From Auanema rhodensis (lineage: Eukaryota; Animalia; Nematoda): a stretch of DNA of 64,000 nt. The notes under the pieces are model-generated. The model was given only the letters and a program-made list of their open reading frames with translations. It ran no database searches and was not told the origin of the DNA. The stretch covers positions 14,446,001 through 14,510,000 of the forward strand of contig OZ059896.1 in assembly GCA_964057225.1 (NCBI GenBank), in the 5' to 3' direction. Below are positions 36,786 to 50,010 of the stretch, piece by piece. The first letter of the stretch is position 1, and each line of letters opens with the position of its first letter. The translations under genes were made by a program, and so were the position numbers.

Positions 36786-39700
36786 ATGGAGTCGTTGATT
36801 CCTGTTATCAACAAACTACAGGATGTTTTCGCTTCATTGGGTAGACGGGAAGATCACATTCAATTGCCTCAAATAGTCGTTGTTGGGTCTCAGGTTTATT
36901 TTCTCACACAGTTAGCATATACAACATGTATCGCAGAGTGCCGGTAAAAGTTCTGTTATCGAAAATCTTGTTGGACGTGACTTTCTTCCAAGAGGTACAG
37001 GAATTGTAACCAGAAGACCGCTTATTCTACAGTTAAATCATGTCCCTCTTGATGATCCTAGGAGACGAGTAGCCAATGGTACACTTTACTGTTTGCTCAT
37101 GTATTTACGCCTTTTCCAGGGACTGAACTTAGGGATGATTGGGCTGCTTTCGAGCACACAGGCAGTCAGATTTTTACAGATTTCAATAATGTTCGAGAAG
37201 AGATTGAGCAAGAGACTGACAGGCTTACGGGAAATAACAAAGGCATTTCTATTGTACCAATTTCTCTGAAAATCTACTCTCATCGTGTTGTTAACTTATC
37301 TCTTGTTGATCTCCCGGGAATCACTAAAGTTCCTATCGGAGACCAACCTCTTGATATAGAGGTAAGTATTAAAATTGAAAAAAATTTTGAAGCAAATTAT
37401 TATAGGATCAAATCCGTAATATGATCATATCCTTTATCTCCAATCCATCGTCTATTATTCTTGCTGTCACACCCGCTAATCAAGATTTTGCTACCTCGGA
37501 GCCTATTAAACTTGCTCGTGATGTCGACAATGATGGTAAACTTGATCAAACATTTTTGTATATATTTATATTGCAATCTGCAGGCCAAAGAACTCTTGCT
37601 GTTCTAACCAAGCTTGATTTAATGGATCAAGGTACTGATGCTATGGATGTTCTTATGGGTAATGTCATTCCTGTTAAGCTTGGTATTATTGGAGTTGTTA
37701 ATCGTTCTCAAGTATGCTTATTTACTTAATTTACCTTCTATTTTTTTTAAAGCAATCTATCATTGATCAAAAGCCTATTTCGGACGCTATAAAAGAGGAA
37801 CAGTCTTTCTTACAAAGAAAGTATCCTACGCTTGCAAGCAGGAATGGAACTCAATATCTTGCAAAGCGATTGAACATGGTACTTACTCCAAAAAAAAGAC
37901 CTTTAAAATATTATATCATCTTTTAGCTTTTGATGCATCATATTAGGAATTGTTTGCCTGCTTTAAAAAATCGTGTATCTATAATGCAGAATCAATGTCA
38001 GGCAGATCTCTTAGCGTTTGGAGAACCCGTCGAAGATAAAAGTAGAACTCTACTTCAAATAATAACAAGATTTGCGACTGCTTATACTTCAACCATTGAT
38101 GGAACTTCCAGAAACATAGAAACTTCTGAATTGTATTCATTTTTTGTTCTGTTCTCAATATTTTTCGTTTATTTAGATGTGGCGGAGCTAGAATTTTTTA
38201 CATTTTCCATGAAACTTTTGGGAAATCTTTGGAATCCATAAACGCTATGGAAAATTTGACAACGATGGATATACTTACTGCTATAAGAAACTCTATGGTG
38301 ATATTTATACTGGTTCATGTAGATGACTTTGAATTTATAGGGTCCTAGGCCACCTCTTTTTGTCCCTGTTGTTGCTTTTGAACTTCTGGTAAAAAGACAA
38401 ATACAAAAGTTGGAAGAGCCAAGTTTAAGATGCGTTGAGCTTGTTCATGAGGAGATGCAGAGAATGGTGCAGCATTGCGGTTTAACAACTCAGGTTTTTT
38501 TTACATTTGACTTGCTTGAAAGAGATGTATTTCAGCAAGAAATGGCACGTTTTCCAAGACTGTATGATAAAATTAATGAAGTAGTTAGTATGCTTTTAAA
38601 GGAAAGACTGAAGCCTACTAATCTTATGGTTTGTTATTATTAAATTTTGAAGATCAATATTAACGTATTAGGTTGAAAATCTGGTTATGATTGAACTTGC
38701 ATATATCAACACTAACCATCCTGATTTCCCTGACGCCAATCTTGCCAATCTTGTAAAAGAGGTAACAATCGAAGAACGTCAAGGAAGGTCAAGAATAAGA
38801 GCTGTATCTCAAACCGAGAGAGCTGTTTCTGCCCATCCAACTGAGGTTAGTTTTTAAACTCAAGTGTGGTGCTGTGTTCGCATGCTTTGTCTCATCTCTG
38901 TCCTACGCATGCATCGCATAGGATTACGAAGTCTTGTTGCGGAGAACTGATCCAAACATTAGCGCTGTTAAACGTTCTGAACGCCGTATGGTGAAATCGG
39001 TTCACTTCTCCGGTCTAGACTTCTTTAAGGTCAGCTTCTTTTCCATAGATGTTGTTCTGTTACTGTTTTCCCCTTGAATTCGTATGCGTTTTTCATTATT
39101 TTACGGTATTCAGGACGCCCCTGAAAAGGTGGAGCCTCAGATGCCTGTTGAGCCTGTGAATGGAGATTCTAAAGGACTTTTCGGATCATTCTTCGGCTCT
39201 AAGATGCCAGAAAAGAGTAGTAATGTTTTTGTAAATTTTCTCATTTTAACATGTTTTTGTTAGTTGTTCCTCAAAGCCCAGCTGTGAATCTTTTGCCAGA
39301 TGTTCCTGAAAAACCACTTCCAAGAAAACTTACAGCAAGTGAACAGAGAGATTGTGCCGTAACAGGTAAACAGTTTTTTAAAGCTCAATTATTGTTATTC
39401 TTTAAGAACGTTTGATCAAAAGTTATTTCTACATTGCTCGTAAAAATATTCAAGATACTGTTCCTAAGGCCGTTATGCATCATTTGGTTAATTATGTTAG
39501 GGTATGTTCTGATAATATTGCTATATTATAATGTAATTGAGTCAAATACAACTTTTAGAACTAGAACTAACGTAGTATGATCATTCTGTATTGAGTTCTA
39601 GTTTGTTAACTTAATATATTGATTTTCCTGATTTCAGGATAATTTACAATCTGAACTTGTGCGCCAACTTTACCAAACTGTACTTATCGATGATCTCCTA

Positions 39701-39858
39701 TCAGAGTCTGCTGATATGGCTCAAAGACGCAGAGAAACTATGGAAACTCTCACTGTAATTTTTGAATTTCTCGTCTCTGCGTTATCTTCACAATTATTTA
39801 GGCTCTTAACAAAGCCAGTGTAATCATCGGTGAAGTACGAGAAACTCAGCTGTGGTAA
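36786..39858 (+). CDS. drp-1: Dynamin-related protein 1 (spliced)
   Basis: [46 protein letters not shown] region, C-terminal VRETQLW*. Confidence 0.97.
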
Positions 39859-40195
39859 TTTCTGAAGTTTTGTTGTTTTATGGTGCTGATTGTTTGTGCG
39901 ACATAATTGCAGGTTCAAGAAAATAGCATTCTAGTTGATATAAGTCTAGTCCAATTAGCCTTGGTAGGTGGCCATTCCTTTTTACTGTTGTATATTTTTT
40001 TTGTTTTACCCAAATTAGTTTTATTTATGTGAACTGTTTGAAATATGATTTAAATTTTCAATAAAGCATGCTCTTACATTTTTTCAATGATGCTTCTAGT
40101 TGTACGTGTCACAATTTCATATACATGTGTAGTCTTAGTCTGTCTCTTTGTTTAATGCTTGTTTTAGTTTCTTTTAAATACCGGTTATAATAATA

Positions 40196-43100
40196 ATGAG
40201 TGACGAATACCAGGTAGAAACTATTCTCAGCCATACCACGTAGGAAATCTTTTCATATTTTTTTCTATAAACGAACTCAGATACGAAGATGCCTTCAATA
40301 ATAGAAAAACAATGGGGTTTAATCCTGATGATAAGACTCATTATAGTCACAGTATGTATGTCTATCTCGTAAGTTTCGGAGTTTGTTTTGGCAGATACTA
40401 AAACTAAATTGTAATTGTAGGTTAAATGGGAAGGGTATGAAGAAATGACTTGGGAGCCCGAATCTAATTTAGAAGATAACATTGAACTTACCAAATACAA
40501 GCAAAGAGTGGAGATGGTCGATGATCATATCAAGTTTGATGAATACTTCAATTGGGGTCTTATTTTAAATTGCTCGACTGTTTTCAAAACTGTCGTCGTT
40601 CAGATAGATGCACTACCCCCATTGCTGAACCAGAACTTCCTCTGCCAAGTTCTATGCTTATCCATAATGCTTTGAGTGGAAGAAAAAATAAGGTTTACAA
40701 AGTTCATTATTGTATTTATTTGAATCTTTCAGGACCGACGTCGTTCGAAGCGCAGGATTGAAGATTACAACGACATCGTTATTGAAACAAAAAAGAAAGT
40801 TACAAAAAAAGTTATTGTTAGTTGTTAAGTGATTGGCTAGTTTCCAATTATTGGTTTAGATTGATACGGAATCCAGTGATGAGGAAAGTACTGTGGTTTG
40901 TTTTATTTCATAGGTTTTAAACCAGTGTTTAACTGATACCTTTCAGAATTTACCTAAAAGAACAACCCGAAGTACAACAGGAAAAAATGAGGTAAACATT
41001 TAATCAATATTATTAATATTTTGAGCTGTTTACAGACGTTTATGAGCCTCGACCTTTCATCATCTAATAACTCTGTTTTTGACTAATTCATAGTTCTATT
41101 AAATATTATGAAATTCAGGATTTTGAAAGATCTGAAGGACGAAAGAAGGGAAATGATAAAAAGAAAAAAAAGAACTCATCAAAAAAGCGTCATTTGGTTG
41201 GTCCCCTCAGTGTATATTAATGTATGAATTAACTATCTCAAACAGAATATGTCTGAAACCGAAGAAGATATTGTGGATGTCAATGATGCTGTTGAAAGCT
41301 GCAGTACATCTGAGCAGCCTGAGCAGAAGGTAATGACAGCCATTTGTTTTTTTATCAAATTTTATTGTTATAGAAGAGCTATACGATCTCCGTACCAAAG
41401 GACAAGGATGGTAAACAATTGGTCTTTATCTTTAAACGAAACAGCGATGATACCGTATCTGAGATGGAAGATATGGGAATACATAGGGTGAAGGAAAAAT
41501 CAAAAGAGGAGGGAACATATAAACAAAAAGGCAAACATAAAGGTGTAAAGGACAAAGAAAGGAATAAACATGGGGAAGAGGAAAAGGAATTCGAAGAAAG
41601 ACCAGAAAAGAAAAGGAGGGTTGTCAATGAAGTAAATCAGAAGAATATGGCACATGTTTCAATAGATGATGACAAAAAAGGAAAACAAAAATTCCTAAGT
41701 AACAAGAAGCAAGATATGGACAAGAGCTCCAGAGAAGTAATCGTTGTTAGAGTTTGATAAAACTAGATATTGACTTGCAGAGTTTACCTCCTAAAACAGT
41801 TTCAGGAGATCTGACGACGCCTAGAAGAAATAAAAAAACGGTATTTAACAATGGTTGGAATGCTTTGATGGAATTTTTCAGCAATTTGATATTGATATCA
41901 TAGATAAGGATTACTTTCGAGTAACGTTTAAAGTTCATTGCAGTCGATAAAATACCATTTAAATCATATCTTAGAGGAGTAAATCGGAATGTTATCCCGA
42001 AAAAGCGAATCCTCGACGTGCCAAATTGCTTGACTACCACGAAGTTCCACGAGATGCACGTGCTTCTACTGCGAGCTCTACGAGTAAGACAACAGAGAGA
42101 CTTACTTCTAAGCTAAAAGCTGTTAATGAGAGGTTAAAATGGAGAATTACTCAAAATGTTTGTATGTTAAGATTAAAAACTGCGGAAAATGAGAAATCTG
42201 TTAAGCCATCTGAAAAAGTTTATTATGAAGAATGATTTTGGATTATTCTTTTTTTTTAAGAAAATCCCAGTGTATCGTTATGGTTTGGATACAAAAAGAA
42301 ATGATTTTTTGGGGCGACACTTGCTGAAATCAAGAAGGTGAGATATTGAGAAACGCTGTTCTTTATTGGATGCATAGATGGCGTTCTGCCGAAAGACTAA
42401 ATGACAGATGGGATAAGCATTCTGAGCAATATAAACGGAACTCAGCTGTGGAAGACTGTGCATTCAGAGTTTCTCATTTGATTAAGTTAGTGTGAAAATA
42501 CTTGTATTGGTATTTTGTGTGCTTACAGCTGTACGAATGCATTAGATGGTGGTCCCAATAGCATGAGTGTGTTCTTGCGGGCGTCTAAGGTTAGTAAATG
42601 TAGCAGTATCACTGATCGTTTAAAAATGATCTGTTTTACTATGAATTCATTTCAGAAATCCAATAAATTTAAAACAAGCGATGACGACATGAAAGCTTTA
42701 TTAAAAACTCACTCTCTGCCTACTACTGTATTGTTTGATTTTTACATATGATTATAAATTACCTTTTAAGGTGATATCCAAGTCATCAGCTACGGAAATA
42801 GTTAATATCGGAGAGGATTCACCTAAAACGAGCAAAGAAGATTCACCTAAAACGAGTAAAGAAGCTTCATCTAAAACTAGCAAAAAAGCTTCATCTAAAA
42901 CGAGCAAAGAAGCTTCACATAAAACGAGTAAAGAAGCTTCATCTAAAACCAGCAAAGAAGCTTCACATAAAACGAGCAAAGAAGCTTCACATAAAACGAG
43001 CAAAGAAGCTTCGCCTAAAACGAGCAAAGAAGCTTCACCTAAAACGAGCAAAGAAGCTTCACCTAAAACGAGCAAAGAAGCTTCACCTAAAACGAGTAAA

Positions 43101-45158
43101 GAAGCTTCAACTAAAACGAGTAAAGAAAATTCATCTAAAACGAGTAAAGAAGCTTCAGCATCGTTACCAAATCTACCTTCGTTACCAGTTGCAACTCCAT
43201 CACCACTTATATCTCAATTTGAACCTCTATTACCACTTCCACCTCCACCTCCATTACCAACGCTGTCTCCGGTACCTCTCCCACGTTCGTTACCAACTTT
43301 AAAAAAACGGGAGTTGAAATATGTGCGAAGTAAAGATTGCCCTGTACAAAACGGAATGATCATCAATTTAAAAACGGTGGGATATATTTCTTCTTTTTGA
43401 TAAACGGCGAATTTTAATGTTACTGTTTTTGCAGGACGATATTCAGCGGGAGAAAGCTTTAGATGTAATTTGTGCTTATTGTTGTTGTAAGCCAGATGAT
43501 GTCGAAAGAGGTCTGGCCAGTATACCCTCCAATGAAGTACGCTTCCAAACTATAAAGGTAAACTATTAGTTAAAGACTGCTGTCAAAAATATGTTGGTTT
43601 TAGTTGGCCTGTACTCAGGGTGCTATGTCTCCACTTTTACCTAGTCCATATGTTATGAAAAATCTCGAAAGCCTCTATAGTGCTGATCTTCGGGATCCGA
43701 ATACAGTGCCAAGTCTATGTTCTCCAAACCACATGAAGTGCAGGTATTATAGTTCGAAAAGATGATTCCTTTTTCATGAAAATTATAGAATGATGAGGAT
43801 TTTCATGGATTATTTAACTCCGAAAGATCGTTTTGTACACGAAGACTCACCATTTTATTATCTCAATTTCTTGAAATGCATGAAGGCTGGTGCTCACTGT
43901 CAGAAGCTAGTATTCTTATTAGGAGGTTGTTTATTATTATTTTATATTGGAAAGAATGATAGTAATTAGGAGTCCCATTTGGATGCTCGTATGACAATTC
44001 CATTCTTGGAAATGATACTTACATAGATCATGTCCACATTAGTCTCTTACAACAACATCCCCTTTTCGTACGTCCTTTTGATTTATTTTAATTTTTTTTC
44101 TTATGTGAAATCATCTTTACAGTTAATTGATTTCTTGAAAATGGGTTTTGATATCAATGCTTATGGCTTTAAGCTATTGCAACCAAAGCCAATGCAAGTG
44201 ACTCCGAGAGAATCTGTCCCTTTGCCAATGATTCAATTTTTTAGCGAATGTGTTAGTTTTTAAAGTTTTTTTCCTATCGTTGCTTCAATTTCTAGGAATT
44301 TATTCAAATTAGAGATACTAGGAATCTTTTTCTATCATATTTGAATAATCTGCGATCCGTAGTAATCCCATATGCAACACGTCTGGAGTATTTCTGCCGA
44401 GATCAGACCAAAGCTTTTTATAGTAACCGTGGAGCTATTATTAATTACATAGGTTTACTGCCATCACTCTGTTTGTATTATGGTTGTTATTTAAGGTCCT
44501 CTTACACCTGCTCATGTGTTCCGTTCTATTCCTGTGGGAGATGTAAGATTCTTTATTTCGAATTTCGAAAAATGAAACTTTTTAGATCTATATTTTGAGT
44601 TCATTGACTGGCAGGCATGTAAACTATGTGAAGTCCGAACTCCAATTCCCTGAAAATATTGTAAGCCTATCTATGCTTCCTAAACATGCTTTAATACGTG
44701 AGCAATGCATTGTGGTATGTGCTATTGGTAAATATTTCAACACTTTTTCCATTTAAAGCTACTCGCAATCAATCATATAAATGTTGTTGGTGGATCTGTG
44801 ACCGCGGACAAGACTTTTAATCATCTATGTATTGCCAAGCGTAACAATTGCACTAATATAATAACTTATGCTAGGTGATTATCTGTTTACTAGTTAACTA
44901 TTCAATATCAAAGTTGCAGTATTACTTTCCAAAATACCATGAAGGAAATTGTACTAGAGAAATTACATTACGCTGATTCCCTGACTATATTTAGATTCCC
45001 AAAAGAACATCAAGGTTTGTTCACCACAAAAAATATCGATAATATTTTCTTCTATGTAAGACAGCCTCGCACTGGATATGATACAGATAACTATTTCTGT
45101 ATCTGGTGCTCCAAATCGCGTTTTTGCCGCACAATTGCAGTTAGTTGAGGTTCCTTAA
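40196..45158 (+). CDS. cec-6: Chromodomain protein, CEC-6/MPP8-like (spliced; internal exon structure uncertain)
   Basis: EYQVETILSH...YLVKWEGYEEMTWEPESNL chromodomain with an insertion, long charged linker, ankyrin-like FLKMGFDINA. Position between drp-1 and ariadne-2 matches the C. elegans neighbourhood as recalled. Confidence 0.65.
42813..43157 (+). repeat. Coding 24-bp tandem repeat, ~14.4 copies, E-A-S-[P/H/S/T]-K-T-S-K
   Basis: gaagcttcacctaaaacgagcaaa units are directly visible. Confidence 0.95.
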
Positions 45159-46170
45159 ATAGGATTTGGGAAGAAATATTTGCCATGTATTATTCATTGT
45201 ATTTCATTTTGTGAAGCATGTTACATGTCTGAATCAGAATATCATATAGAATTTATTAAACTTTTATCTATTTTAATTCACTTTTATTTATTTAGATTTT
45301 GCGAACATGAATTATCTTTAACAGATAAAAGACCAGAAATCATAGGAGAAGCTAAAAACAAACTACTACAAATAAAATAGGATATGATTTTGGTACTGAT
45401 CTGGTCTTTGATTTCACGTAAAGCATACAAACAAAACACCAAGTTTAATTTCGTTAATTGGATAAAGAAATTCGGGAAGCTAAACTTTGAAGCACTGATA
45501 TATATATGGTTATACGGTTTTTGAAATCACAATTACCCTCGCCGTACGCTCGTCATCGTAAATATTCAAAATAAAACCTTTCAGTCCATTGAGTACTTTC
45601 CATTGTCCATGACTTATCATTTTGGTTAATGTTTCATGCTGTTACACTAAATTGAAGTTCAATTTTTGAACTCTTGGAATTTTTGATTAGGCGTTCATTC
45701 AAATGTCATAACGTAAAGTTCAAATATTGCTGTTATTCCTAACAAAACATTTTCAATACGTAAAAAAAAATCTAAAAGTTCATGAAAATGTAAGCACAAT
45801 TTTTCTTAAGAACTGCATAGCACCTTTGTCACAAACAAGAAGTTCTACATATAGAGCAAATTATTGTTGTGCATATTAGTCCGACCACGACAAAAACTAC
45901 GGTAGCTAGTATTTTCTCTAATGTCTCTTGTCTCTTCTGGCTCTACACTATTTTCTGAGAAGCATACTTTGTTATTTGTTATTTGTTATTTCCCAGGAAA
46001 CTTCTTGTTTTTGTTAGACTTCCTCAGGTTTTGATCAGTGCCAGCTTTTAGATAGCGTTTTCACTCAAGAGTATTTTTCTATGTTCTCCGTTATGTCACA
46101 TGTTTTTGGCAAGTATTGATTTGTTTTGCTAAAATTTAATTCATAGAAGTGTATTGGATATATTCTTTAA

Positions 46171-48762
46171 ATGGATGAAGATTCTTATTGCTCAGGTGAC
46201 GATGACTGTGATTTTGATTTTGACAATGGTAAGTAAAAAATTAAATAATTTAGAAACTTTTTAATTTTTAGACTATTATGGCGACTGTGATATGGACTTA
46301 GTTTCTGATGGCGAAGCTCAAAATACAACTGATCCTGAAGACGCTGAATTCGATTGTCTTTCATTGCACGAGGTTTTAATAAAAAAAATTTTTTTTTCTT
46401 ATTTGTTAATGCTTAGGTTGAACGTGTCCTTAATGAAAGTGTAGCATCGCTGGTTGATCGTGCCAATATTACTCCTTCTTTAGCAAGGATGCTTTTACAT
46501 GTCCATGAATGGGATTCCGAAAAAGTTTGATAGATTTCTATTTCATCACTTTCAATTTTACATTTCAGGTAGCATCTTTAATTGCATGTGATTTAGAAGG
46601 AACATTAGTTTCTTCTAATATAAAACCCAAACAATGTTCATTTAATAAGACAATGAATTATTGCATTGTTTGTGCGGAAGACACTGGCCTTCAAATGGAG
46701 ACTCTATCTTGTAAACATGAATTTTGTATAAATTGTTGGAGAGCACATATTGAATCAAGGTAATAATTAAATTGTTCACTTTACTGTTAATTATTTAATT
46801 CTAGGCTTTCGGAAGGTGTTGCCTCTAAAATAGAATGTATGGATTCTCAATGTAATCTTCTTTGTCCTAGCGAATTTGTTGTTAAAATTTTAGATAAACC
46901 TCAATTAAGAGCCAAGTATATCAATTTTTTAAACCATACTTTCTAGTTTGTATACTATTTAAGATATGAGCGGTTTATCTTCCGCGATTATATCACTTCC
47001 CATCCTGAATTGAAATTTTGTACTGGAAAAGATTGCCAGGTAAATTTTTTTTTTGCTTTTTGTCTTCACTTCCTCACTCATGCTTAAGGCTGTTATACGA
47101 TCGCGTGAAAAACAACCCAAAAGGGTGACTTGTAAAAAATGTAAAGCTTCGTCATGGTCAGTTGTCTTTGTCTATATGATTTTACTGAATTTTTAATTTT
47201 TTTAGTGTCTTGTGTGGTGTTGATTATCATGCCCCTACCTCTTGTGAAACTATTCGTATGTGGTTAGTAAAATGTGCTGATGACAGTGAAACTGCGAATT
47301 ATATCAGGTTTCCCATATTTGTCAGCGATATAATTTATTGATACCCGAATTTTAGTGCTCATACGAAGGATTGTCCTCATTGTCATACATGTATTGAGAA
47401 AAATGGAGGATGTAATCATATGCAATGTGCGAAATGCAAGCATCACTTCTGTTGGATGTGTTTTGGAGGTTGTTACTTTGCCATATCCCGCAACTAATAT
47501 GCTTACTATAGATTGGAAAACACATGGAAGTGAATATTATGAATGCAGTAGATATAAGGTTTGCTTTGCAATGCTAACATTTTAATGTTACAATATTTTA
47601 ATGTAGGATAATCCATCGGTAGCTGCGGAAGCTAATCATGTCAAAGCTAGAAGGGCTTTAGAAAAATATCTTCACTATTTTGAGCGTTTTGAAAATCATA
47701 GTAAATCTTTGAAATTGGAAGAACAATTACGAGATAAAATAAAAAAGAAAATTGAATCAAAGGTACTTTCGTCAAGGAAACTTTATAAAATGCTATCGTT
47801 TTTTAGGTCAACGATCATGATGGCACATGGATTGATTGGCAATATTTATTGAATGCAGTCTCCTTACTCACAAAATGCAGATATACTTTGCAATATACTT
47901 ACCCATTCGCTTATTATATGGAATCAGGTGGCAACAAGCATCTAGTAAGTTCATATTTCAATTTTTTTATAACTTTTGTACTATATCATTTCGTTTTTCG
48001 TGTCCAACTATACCATTTCTTTTTTGTATTGCTGATCCTTATAATTAACTTCTCTTCATTTGCTACTCATTTTCTATTTCCCCTCTTATTTTCAATTGAT
48101 GCGATAGTTATGGGTGCTGTAGTTTCCCGCGGCGACGGATTGCGCGTTGATCCGTATTCAGTGGCAGGTACCCATGCCGGCCATCAAAAGATTATCTTCA
48201 TGTGGAAGATTATCCGTCTTTCTATATCAGCTATTACATGATTGCAATCCCATGTATACGGTAGAATTATTCGAATGATTCGTTTCCAACTCGGCTTTCA
48301 ATAAGACTGAATAAGAACGAGTAATTAGGATATACAAGGTTTTACATTATTTTTCCTGATAATGATTGGAAAGAAGATGAGTCGAAGCATGATATGGGAG
48401 GGTATTCTTCAAGTTCAATAATTCATAAATCAATCATGTTTGTAAATATTGTTGTAATTCGAATTCTTAATGTTGGAGGTTTTGCCGGTTGTTTCACGGG
48501 TCATCAGATCTTTTGCTTGTTGTGCGTATGGTCACAGGCTGTAAATGGAGATTTTGGCTGACAATATCTTTGTGTATAACGATGTTGGTTTCAGTTCGAG
48601 TATCAGCAAGCACAATTGGAGAAGGAAGTGGAAGAGTTAGCTTGGGCCGTTGAAAGAGCAGAGTCAACGTCGAGGGGAGCTCTGGAGGCTCATATGCATA
48701 GGGCTGAGCACAAAAGAGTCACTTTACTACATAGTTTTTCAGCATCTCGTAATAATGTATAG
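46171..48762 (+). CDS. ARIH2 / ariadne-2 RBR E3 ligase (spliced)
   Basis: Acidic N-terminus, RING1, [84 protein letters not shown]. Confidence 0.93.
48096..48339 (+). ncRNA. Candidate intronic H/ACA-type (sno/sca) RNA
   Basis: Long hairpin 48096-48187, AGAUUA (ANANNA) H-box-like motif, second domain closed by UAUCC/GGAUA, then ACA at 48334-48336. Confidence 0.5.
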
Positions 48763-49819
48763 GATTTTAAAAACATAACATCATAATTTGTGCTTTTTCT
48801 GTGGATTTGTAACTAATTCTGTAAAAATGTGTATGTACCCTTTAAATGTTCGCTAGAGATTGATATCATTTTTAGAATAGTGCCTTCATAATATAATCGA
48901 ATTTTCATTAATTTCCCCAAGTCATTTTTCAAAGACAATTTCTCACATTTTCTGTGATTATATACTTGTATTTAATAAAAAAAATGCGCACTAGTTATTG
49001 CTGCTAATTCGTTTTATGTTGGAAATATTATTAGTTTACCATGCGAATTCCCAGAAAATTCTGAAACTATGTATTTATATACATAATGGAAATTCAGTCT
49101 AATCTATATATCAGGCGGCATGTTATCAGCTATAGCTTTCCTTTTCATAACTAATCCGTAGCTAGGTAGGATTTCCATTCAATATGTGCCCATTCAACGG
49201 AAAGAACAATGGGTGGGATTGCTTCAAACTTGCTGCTGCTATCATTAGTATTTCGATTACTGCTATCAGATGTGTTGCATCAGAAGAAAGAGAACTAACA
49301 ACCGCAAATGTTATATCTACCCTATCATCCGGCGCTATTCCAGCATTTCCAGCCTGATAACACTTCATGATGTCGTAAGTTTTCGCTAAGTGTTTTATCT
49401 ATTCTGAAATATTAAAATCCCATATTGCAAGTTTATAAATGTATAGCCGTTTTGGGTACATATTTGATTTATTCTAATTTTATTTGTTTTAAATTTGTAT
49501 TAATAGAAGACAACTTCATTATATTCAGAGAATTGTAGTTATTAAAATTCTTTGTCCGAAACATGAAAATGTTAAATTGAAGTTAGAAAATGCAATGATG
49601 CTAACTGACGCGCGATTGGCGTGAGATGTTTTTCATTAAAAAAATATCACGTTTGTTCGTCTTCACTGATATTCCTAGCTTGTCTCGCTCTCATCAAGTT
49701 TCATCTAAAGTTGCTGTTGAAGGTATGGTGTTTTATTTCCATTAAATCATGTAGTATTCACCAGTTTTTTATCGGTTGGAACTAAGCTTGAAAAACCTTG
49801 TAGAGATAGTTATGTTGAT

Positions 49820-50010
49820 GAGTGGGCGTGGCCATTGAGGGTGTCGAGGGGCGCGAGCGAGCGCGAGAGGGCGGAGGCTGGTGGAGGACGACGATCACCA
49901 GACCCTACCGTCAAACAGACTGTATCCTCGCAGACACACGGGTCGGTGGAGCGGGCAGCCAATGAATGCGACGGCCATCGCTTTTCAGAACCGCCACCCC
50001 ACGCGTTACA
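49820..50010 (+). promoter_or_regulatory. GC-rich putative promoter of the mir-228 primary transcript
   Basis: GC island with GGGCGTGG and GGGCGG boxes and CCAAT, ~250-400 bp upstream of mir-228. Confidence 0.4.

Noticed and set aside
42752-43075. Antisense LVLGEASL-repeat ORF
   Set aside because: Shadow of the coding 24-bp repeat on the other strand.
47945-48593. Telomerase RNA in the ARIH2 intron
   Set aside because: No sense-strand template complementary to TTAGGC (CCUAAG/GCCUAA) was found.
49150-49405. Small minus-strand ORF or possible spliced gene downstream of ARIH2
   Set aside because: No recognisable homology and no consistent exon phase; cannot be supported.
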